Positions 1 to 10,400 of a stretch of DNA of 20,000 nucleotides are shown here, in pieces. Made by a program: the position numbers and the translations under genes. Every line of letters starts with the position of its first letter. Positions within the stretch are counted from its first letter, which is position 1. This DNA comes from Veleropilina oligotropha (taxonomy: Eukaryota), in NCBI GenBank assembly GCA_048128005.1, contig JBEUKZ010000067.1:237597-257596 (forward strand). Reading direction: 5' to 3'. The notes below the pieces were generated by a model. That model was given only the letters and a program-made list of their open reading frames with translations, was not told where the DNA came from and searched no databases.

Positions 1-1413
1 GAACTGGTTAACTAGGAGGTTACGTGTAGGTGCGGGGATTATTGGACCAGAAGACCAACTTTTACGACTCAATTTTCAATGATGTTGTACTTGGAACATT
101 ACGTTAATAAAGCGGGGAAATAATGTATGTACGTATAGCACGGCTGTATATGTAGAAGTTGATTAGTACATTGGTCTGACGAACGTTACAGGCATCATTA
201 GAGATCTTTTCGTTCCGTTCTTGGAACAAACTTTGGATCAGGAGATATGATGATTTTTAAAATAATTATTAAACGGCACTTTGTTTGTCTGCATCCCAAT
301 GGACATATCATATCGATTTGTTGTATCAGTGGTCCATACCGTACTACAGTACAATACATGTTATAGGACAATATTTTGTGTGTGTCTAGGTATACTGTTG
401 GTTGTCTTTGGGTTTCTCCTAAAAATTCGAGTATAATGTCATCCTGGTTAATGACACAATCAGCACGAGACTTGCAGTTCACGATACGCTATTACAATCC
501 AAATCTAGTGTACCAAGAAGTGTACTTTCCTTGTGAGATCTGATTTAAAGATGAACGTAAGCTGATTTTTGCAAATAGTAGACCTTATGTATATTCAGTG
601 TATATATTTAGCAGAAAACACTTGAGATTTGTGAGAAAATAAATATTTTCGAGGATGAACGAGAGGTTGCTTTGGTGTTTTCCGCCCGTTGTAGTCATAG
701 ATCTGGTCTGCACCATATATTTGAATCCTACCCTTCGTAGTTCTAAATCAGTAACAACAGCTAATTCATCAATAATTGTTGTATTACGTATATATTTCAC
801 TGTTGCGTATGCTCAATCTCGATAGTGATATCCATTACCTGTTGCACACTGATCCCCCATGAATAATGTTCCGGTGCAGTCGCACGCTGTTCCAGTGGCA
901 GTACCCATACAAACGCCGTTAGTGCATACAGGAGCGCAAACAGCGTCTGTAGGAGAGAAAGACTAGGATATGCCACAACCCTTATTGTAATAAAGATAGA
1001 TATACTTTATTTTCCTTTCATTGCATATAATCATTATTGCGAACAATAGAAAGGCATATAGTCAATTTTGTGAAAAGGAAGGATGAAAGTTGAACCAAAA
1101 CTAGCAATGTCACTTAAATTCGAAAGACATATTATGATTCGTCATGCAAGTAATATAGAGATTTTAATCCATACACAGAATATGAATTTCAGGAAATGAC
1201 CCAAGCAAGTGTTAATCTCCCTGAAGGTGAAAATCGAAGGCATATAGATATTGACGCATTATGTATGAAATACATCATGTGCAGTAAAGCCGATCAAGTT
1301 TTGGAACCAATTATGGATCCACAATGTTGTCATACTCAACATTATGTCATTGTAGATTGATCTATTGTAGTTGATTGGATTGAAACGATGCTTAATGTCC
1401 TATATTAGGACAT
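1..1413. repeat. Further partial copies of the same unit (end of one copy at 1-550, start of the next at 551-1413)
   Basis: 1-1413 aligns by eye with 5272-6701; similarity stops abruptly at 'taggacat' (1413). Confidence 0.95.
839..946 (-). CDS. EGF-like exon 8 (DAVCAPVCTNGVCMGTATGTACDCTGTLFMGDQCAT)
   Basis: tctctcctacag|ACGCT...GCAACAG|gtaatg; 108 nt, with an in-frame 3-nt indel relative to the 111-nt copies. Confidence 0.87.
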
Positions 1414-4400
1414 TAATGAATTTCCAATTTTTGAGAAATGAATTTCCAATTTTTGAGAAATGAATTTCCAATTTTTGAGAAATGAATTTCCAATTTTTGA
1501 GAAATGAATTTCCAATTTTTGAGAAATGAATTTTCAATATATATAAAAGAAGTTCCAATATTGAAAAAGGAATTTTCATTATTGAAAAAGGAATTTTCAT
1601 TATTGAAAAAGGAATTTCCAATTTAAAAATAATTTTCAATATTGTGAAATGAATTTCAAATTTTGAGAAATGAGAAATGAAGTTCCAATTTTGCGAATTT
1701 AATTTCCAACATTGATAAATGAATTTTCAATATTGGGAAACGATTTTCTATTATTGATGCTCAATTTCCAATATTGATACTCAAATTCCAATATTGATAG
1801 TCAATTTCCAATATTGATAAACAAATTTCCTTTATTGCGAAATCAATTTCCTATATTGAGGAAACAATTTCTAAAATTGATGCGATATGAATTTCCAATA
1901 TTGTGAAATTTATTTTCAATATTTAGAAATGAATTTCCAATATTGGTAAATCAATTTCCAATATTGATAAATCATTTTCAATATTGATAAAGGAATTTTC
2001 AGTATTGGAAATAGATAGAATATGTATTTGTAAATTCATTTCTCAATATAAGAAATTCTTTTCTCAATATTTTGAAAATTCTGTATTCAATATTGGAAGA
2101 AAATATTAATTATTAATTACCAATATGAAATGCGTTCCATATGGTATCAATCAGCTATGATAAATTATAGACCTACCTAAAGTTGCATTGCCCGTATTTA
2201 TCGCATAATGCTCGACAATGCCTTAGTTATATATATGTGGTTGTTGTAAACAGTTTCGATGCTTCAAAGTGAAAGAAACTACATTGTTAGCTGTTTTATA
2301 ATGAAAATTCGCCGCTGAAATCGCTGCCCGCTAGTGGTTTATTATCATTCAACGGTATGCGTTTTTATGGAAACCTGGTCATTTCGGCACACACCGTACC
2401 GCCGAATTTGTTTCGTCAGGCTTCTCATCGAAACACGCAGACGTTTCGTTAAATATGAAATAAAATCTAAATTATCTAAATTGCATGGGATGTGATATTA
2501 TTTTAAAATAGGAAATTAGTAATAATGTTGCAGGTCAAATTTCCCCAATTTTCAAGTTATCTTCGGCTTTGCCCAACTTGACGAAATTTCATTCGGCGAA
2601 AAGTCCGTTACCCATAATAGACCCGGACCCGGTTTTATTAATTTTCACTTTTAATTCAGAGATGCTCCAGAGTTCGGCAAACTGGTAAAAATACATATGC
2701 GGGTCTAGGTTTTTTTGCTATTTACGGGAAATCCAACTTTAAAGGAAATGAAAGAAAATGATCGATGCTTAATGTCCTGAATATTTCCAACCATCATTTG
2801 GTTCAAAGCAGGACATGTCCATGTCCAGGAATGCATGGTCGCCCAGGTAAACCCGCTCTCTCCGACCAGTTACGGACAACTGTGATTCATAAGTTGACCA
2901 AATGTGTGTTGCCCCTGCCAAGGTCACCCGTTTCTAAACGGGTGTGCCCGCTAGTTTATATATAAGATTCTATACATTCACCCTTGAAAGTGATATCATT
3001 TACCTGTTGCACACTGATTCCCCGTGAATGCTGTTCCGATGCAGTCGCACACTGTTCCAGTGCCAGTATTTTTGCAAAAGCCGTTAGTGCATGTAGGATC
3101 GCAAACGGTGGCTGTAAGAAAGAAAGACTATGATATGTTGCAACCTTTATTGCAAGACCACCAATTATTGCACAATGCATTACAATGGCATTATAATCGA
3201 CATGCATAATGCCAATATTTTGGAATTTTCGCGTGCCATATCAAGATCACTTTAGCGTTTATGCAATGACATTTTTAAAGAGTTGAAAATGGCTATTAAT
3301 CGCGTTATTATTGGCTATGTAAATAAGTTTCCTCTAGCAAAACGTACTTTGAAAAAGCCATTGAATTATGAGTTGCGATTGCAATGCTATGCAGTTAAAA
3401 TTAAAGGTGGATGCAGCACAACAATTTTCTCAACTCGGATAAAGCATCAACGCAAATATTGTTGATGCGTTCACACTACAAGTGAATTGACTATGTGCTG
3501 CAGTGTATTTTGGGAATTGTTTCTATTACATTTCGTCCACTCTTTCATTTAAGATTGGCGATGTCGGTGGTGGGAACTCCAATGGGCAGTTGTTAGATGT
3601 ATCTCGAGTTGGTGACTCGCCTGAACGTCATGCTATCGTGTAAAGTAATAATAGCTTGTGTAAGCAGTGGTCCCGATTGCGATAATAATAACCGTGTTTA
3701 GCTATTCAAATATGACCTTAAACCGGTGGTCCCTATTGACATGTGACTGAATAACTGCTAAAACGTGTCTTAAAACAAGCAATGAAATAAAAAACGTTAT
3801 TAATTAATGAACTGTCCTCGTGTACCTGTCTGACACTGAGCCCCTGTGAACGCCAGTCCGACGCAGTCACACACCGAAGTCCCTTCTGTAGAACCTTTGC
3901 AAACACCGTTATTGTCACAAATAGGGGAGCAAGTAACATCTGAAAAAAATGAACCTAAGCTAATTTTTGCAAATAGTAGACCTTATGTATATTCATTGTA
4001 TATATTTAGCAGAAAACACTTGAGATTTATGAGAAAATAATATTTTCGAGGATGAACGAGAGGTTGCTTTGGTGTTTTACGCCCGTTATAGTCACAGATC
4101 TGGTCTGCACCATATATTTGAATCCTACCCTGCTTAGTTCTAAATCAGTAACAACAGCTAATTCAACAATAATTGCTGTATTACGTATATATTTCACTGT
4201 TACGTATGTTCAACCTCGATAGTGATATCCATTACCTGTTGCACACTGATCCCCCATGAATAATGTTCCGGTGCAGTCGCACGCCGCTGTTCCAGTGGCA
4301 GTACCCATACAAACGCCGTTAATACATACAGGATCGCAAACAGCGTCTGTAGGAGAGAAAGACCAGGATATGCCACAACCCTAATTGTAATAAAGATAGA

Positions 4401-7400
4401 TATACTTTATTTTCCTTTCATTGCATATAATAATTATTGCAAACAATAGAAAGGCATATAGTCAATTTTGTGAAAAGGAAGGATGAAAGTTGAACCAAAA
4501 CTAGCAATGTCACTTAAATTCGAAAGACATATTATGATTCGTCATGCAAGTAGTATAGCGATTTTAATCCATACACAGAATATGAATTTCAGGAAAATCC
4601 CAAGCAAGTGTTAATCTCCCTGAAGGTTAAAATAGAAGGCATATAGATATTGACGCATTATGTAGGAAATACATCATGTGCAGTAAAACCGATCAAGTTT
4701 TGCAACCAATGATGGATCCACAATGTTGTCATACTCAACATTATGTCATTGTAGATTGATCTATTGTAGTGGATTGGATTGAAATGATGCTTAATGTCCT
4801 ATATATTTATAATCTTTCGGTTCAAGGTAGGACATGTCCTTATTGTTGGGGAAGGAAAACCCGATCGCTCTGAGAAAGCTGCCATCTTCGGTCAGTTACG
4901 AATAACTGTGAGTGGTAAATGAACAAAAAACATGCCATTTCCCAAACGGAGATTCGAACACACCTCTGTTAGTCAGATCAGAGTCAGTACTCGAGACCAC
5001 ACGGTTACCGAAGCGGTCAATCTATTGTAGTGGGTATACGACACCGATAGTGCAATACATATACGGCACGGAAGGAGTAAATCCAAAATCGGGCCACATT
5101 TAATTTATTTATAGTGAAACAAAAGATGATTTAATACAAATGAAACAATGAACACGCCAGGCAATATTAGAAGCAATATTTGGTGAGAATCTCTCATCCA
5201 ATTTCTTCGTGCTGTTATCTTAACTGTTAGCTTAGCATGTGAGCACAAAAAGTACAGTTGATACCACGGGGGAACTGGTTAACTAGGAGGTTACGTGTAG
5301 GTGCGGGGATTATTGGACCAGAAGACCAACTTTTACGACTCAATTTTCAATGATGTTGAACTTGGAACATTACGTTAATAAAGCGGGGAAATAATGTATG
5401 CACGTATAGCACGGCTGTATATGTAGAACTTGAGAAGTACATTAGTCTGACGAACGTTACAGGCATCATTAGAGATCTTTTCGTTCCGTTCTTGGAACCA
5501 AGTTTGGATCAGCGATATGTCTATAAAGTTGTTGATGATTTTAAAAATAATTATTAAACAGCTCTTTGTTTGTCTGCATCCCAATGGCCATATCATATCG
5601 ATTTGTTGTATCAGAGTTCCATACCGTACTACAGTACAATACATGTTATAGGACAATATTTTTTGTGTGTCTAGGTATACTGTTGGTTGTCTTTGGGTTT
5701 CTCCTAAAAATTCGAGCGTACTGTCATCCTGGTTAATGACACAATCAGCACGAGACTTTCAGTTCACGATACGCTATTACAGTCCAAATCTAGTGTACCA
5801 AGGAGTGTCCTTTCCTTGTGAGATCTGATTTAAAGATGAACGTAAGTTAATTTTTGCAAATAGTAGACCTTATGTATATTCAGTGTATATATTTAGCAGA
5901 AAACACTTGAGATTTGTGAGAAAATAAATATTTTCGAGGATGAACGAGAGGTTGCTTTGGTGTTTTACGCCCGTTGTAGTCATAGATCTGGTCTGCACCA
6001 TATATTTGAATCCTACCCTGCTTAGTTCTAAATCAGTAACAACAGCTAATTCATCAATAATTGTTGTATAACGTATATATTTCACTGTTGTGTATGCTCA
6101 ACCTCGATAGTGATATCCATTACCTGTTGCACACTGATCCCGCATGAAAAAGGTTCCGGTGCAGTCGCACGCCGCTGTTCCAGTGGCAGTACCCATACAA
6201 GCGCCGTTAGTGCATGTTAGAGCGCAAACAGAGTCTGTATTAGAGAAAGACTAGGATATGCCACAACCCTTATTGTAATAAAGATAGATATACTTTATTT
6301 TCCTTTCATTGCATATAATCATTATTGCAAACAATAGAAAGGCATATAGTCAATTTTGTGAAAAGGAAGGATGAAAGTTGAACCAAAACTAGCAATGTCA
6401 CTTAAGTTCCAAAGACATATTATGATTCGTCATGCAAGTAATATAGAGATTTTAATCCATACACAGAATATGAATTTCAGGAAATGACCCAAGCAAGTGT
6501 TAATCTCCCTGAAGGTGAAAATCGAAGGCATATAGATATTGACGCATTATGTATGAAATACATCATGTGCAGTAAAGCCGATCAAGTTTTTCAACCAATT
6601 ATGGATCCACAATGTTGTCATACTCAACATTATGTCATTGTAGATTGATCTATTGTAGTTGATTGGATTGAAACGATGCTTAATGTCCTATATTAGGACA
6701 TGTCCTTATTGTTGGGGAAGGAAAACCCGATCGCTCTGAGAAAGCTGCCATCTTCGGTCAGTTACGAATAACTGTGAGCGGTAAATGAACAAAAAACATG
6801 CCGTTTCCCAAACGGAGATTCGAACACATCTCTGTTAGTCAGTGCAGAGTCAGTACTCGAGACCACACGGTTACCGAAGCGGTCAATCTATTGTAGTGGG
6901 TATACGACACCGATAGTGCAATACATATACGGCACGGAAGGAGTAAATCCAAAATCGGGCCACATTTAATTTATTTATAGTGAAACAAAAGATGATTTAA
7001 TACAAATGAAACAATGAACACGCCAGGCAATATTAGAAGAAATATTTGGTGAGAATCTCCCATCCAATTTCTTCGTGCTGTTATCTTAACTGTTAGCTTA
7101 GCATGTGGGCACACAAAGTAAAAGTGATACCACGGGGGAACTGGTTAACTAGGAGGTTACGTGTAGGGTGCGGGGATTATTGGACCAGAAGATCAACTTT
7201 TACGACTCAATTTTCAATGATGTTGAACTTGGAACATTACGTTAATAAAGCTGGGAAATAATGTATGTACGTATAGCACGGCTGTATATGTAGAAGTTGA
7301 TTAGTACATTGGTCTGACGAACGTTACAGGCATCATTAAAGATCTTTTCGTTCCGTTCTTGGAACCAAGTTTGGATCAGGAGATATGTCTATAAAGTTGG

Positions 7401-10400
7401 TGATGATTTTAAAAATAATTATTAAACGGTTCTTTGTTTGTCTGCATCCCAATGGCCATATCATATCGATTTGTTGTGTCAGTGTTCCATACCGTACTAC
7501 AGTAAAATACATGTTATAGGACAATATTTTTTGTGTGTCTAGGTATACTGTTGGTTGTCTTTGGGTTTCTCCTAAAAATTCGAGTATAATGTCATCCTGG
7601 TTAATGACACAAGCAGCACTAGACTTGCAGTTCACGATACGCTATTACAGTCCAAATCTAGTGTACCAAGAAGTGTACTTTCCTTGTGAGATCTGATTTA
7701 AAGATGAACGTAAGCTAATTTTTGCAAATAGTAGACCTTATGTATATTCAGCGTATATATTTAGCAGAAAACACTTGAGATTTGTGAGAAAATAAATATT
7801 TTCGAGGATGAACGAGAGGTTGCTTTGGTGTTTTACGCCCGTTGTAGTCATAGCTCTGGTCTGCACCATATATTTGAATCCTACCCTGCTTAGTTCTAAA
7901 TCAGTAACAACAGCTAATTCATCAATAATTGTTGTATTACGTATATATTTCACTGTTGCGTATGCTCAACCTCGATAGTGATATCCATTACCTGTTGCAC
8001 ACTGATCCCCCATGAAAAAGGTTCCGGTGCAGTCGCACGCCGCTGTTCCAGTGGCAGTACCCATACAAGCGCCGTTAGTGCATGTTGGATCGCAAACAGC
8101 GTCTGTATTAGAGAAAGACTAGGATATGCCACAACCCTTATTGTAATAAAGATAGATATACTTTATTTTCCTTTCATTGCATATAATCATTATTGCAAAC
8201 AATAGAAAGGCATATAGTCAATTTTGTGAAAAGGAAGGATGAAAGTTGAACCAAAACTAGCAATGTCACTTAAATTCGAAAGACATATTATGATTCGTCA
8301 TGCAAGTAATATAGAGATTTGAATCCATACACAGAATATGAATTTCAGGAAATGACCCAAGCAAGTGTTAATCTCCCTGAAGGTGAAAATCGAAGGCATA
8401 TAGATATTGACGCATTATGTATGAAATACATCATGTGCAGTAAAGCCGATCAAGTTTTGCAACCAATTATGGATCCACAATGTTGTCATACTCAACATTA
8501 TGTCATTGTAGATTGATCTATTGTAGTTGATTGGATTGAAACGATGCTTACTGTCCTATATTAGGACATGTCCTTATTGTTGGGGAAGGAAAACCCGATC
8601 GCTCTGAGAAAGCTGCCATCTTCGGTCAGTTACGAATAACTGTGAGCGGTAAATGAACAAAAAACATGCCGTTTCCCAAACGGAGATTCGAACACACCTC
8701 TGTTAGTCAGTGCAGAGTCAGTACTCGAGACCACACGGCTACCGAAGCGGTCAATCTATTGTAGTGGGTATACGACACCGATAGTGCAATACTTATACGG
8801 CACGGAAGGAGTAAATCCAAAATCGGGTAACATTTAATTTATTTATAGTGAAACAAAAGATGATTTAATACAAATGAAACAATGAACACGCCAGGCAATA
8901 TTAGAAGCAATAGTTGGTGAGAATCTCCCATCCAATTTCTTCGTGCTGTTATCTTAACTGTTAGCTTAGCATGTGGGCACAAAAAGCACAGGTGATACCA
9001 CGGGGGAACTGGTTAACTAGGAGGTTACGTGTAGGGTGCGGGGATTATTGGACCAGAAGATCAACTTTTACGACTCAATTTTCAATGATGTTGAACTTGG
9101 AACATTACGTTAATAAAGCTGGGAAATAATGTATGTACGTATAGCACGGCTGTATATGTAGAAGTTGATTAGTACATTGGTCTGACGTACGTTACAGGCA
9201 TCATTAGAGATCTTTTCGTGCCGTTATTGGAACCAAGTTTGGATCAGGAGATATGTCTATAAAGTTGGTGATGATTTTAAAAATAATTATTAAACGGCTC
9301 TTTGTTTGTCTGCATCCCAATGGCCATATCATATCGATTTGTTGTATCAGTGGTCCATACCGTACTACAGTACAATACATGTTATAGGACAATATTTTGT
9401 GTGTCTAGGTATACTGTTGGTTGTCTTTGGGTTTCTCCTAAAAATTCGAGTATAATAGTAGACCTTATGTATATTCAGCGTATATATTTAGCAGAAAACA
9501 CTTGAGATTTGTGAGAAAATACATATTTTCGAGGATAAACGAGAGGTTGCTTTGGTGTTTTACTCCCGTTGTAGTCATAGATCTGGTCTGCACCATATAT
9601 TTGAATCCTACCCTGCTTAGTTCTAAATCAGTAACAACAGCTAATTCAACAATAATTGTTGTATTACGTATATATTTCACTGTTGCGTATGTTCAACCTC
9701 GATAGTGATATCCATTACATGTTGCACACTGATCCCCCATGAAAAATGTTCGGGTGCAGTCGCACGCCGCTGTTCCAGTGGCAGTACCCATACAAGCGCC
9801 GTTAGTGCATGTTGGAGCGCAAGTTCAACCTCGATAGTGATATCCATTACATGTTGCACACTGATCCCCCATGAAAAATGTTCGGGTGCAGTCGCACGCC
9901 GCTGTTCCAGTGGCAGTACCCATACAAGCGCCGTTAGTGCATGTTGGAGCGCAAGTGGCGGCTGTAGGAGAGAAAGACTAGGATATGCCACAACCCTTAT
10001 TGTAATAAAGATAGATATACTTTATTTTCCTTCCATTGCATATAATAATTATTGCAAATAATAGAAAGGCATATAGTCAATTTTGTGAAAAGGAAGGATG
10101 AAAGTTGAACCAAAACTAGCAATGTCACTTAAATTCGAAAGACATATTATGATTCGTCATGCAAGTAATATAGCGATTTTAATCCATACACAGAATATGA
10201 ATTTCAGGAAATGACCCAAGCAAGTGTTAATCTCCCTGAAGATGAAAATATAATGCATATAGATATTGACGCATTATGTATGAAATACATCATGTGCAGT
10301 AAAACCGATCAAGTTTTGCAACCAATGATGGATCCACAATGTTGTCATACTCAACATTATGTCATTGTAGATTGATCTAATGTAGTGGATTGGATTGAAA

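Noticed and set aside
1415..2100. CRISPR-like array or the repetitive ORF at 1400-1639
   Set aside because: Head-to-tail repeats with no unique spacers, no cas genes and a eukaryotic context; the ORF is just translated minisatellite.
4930..5019. tRNA genes at the GTTCGAATC motifs (also ~6830, ~8690, ~10570, ~12365, ~15275)
   Set aside because: No convincing cloverleaf. The motifs are attached to a shared core and tail, several with TSDs, so they are SINE heads.
7992..8102. Resemblance of TCTN / Thr-Cys-rich modules to beetle antifreeze protein repeats
   Set aside because: There is no 12-residue periodicity; the Cys spacing and phase 1-1 exon structure fit EGF modules.
198..9991. Recurrent short ORFs in the repeat units (MKYIRNTT..., MNCKS..., MAYPSLSL..., MISITCC...)
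   Set aside because: They recur only because the DNA is duplicated. They are broken by frameshifts and stops between copies, or are off-frame or antisense readings of the EGF exons.
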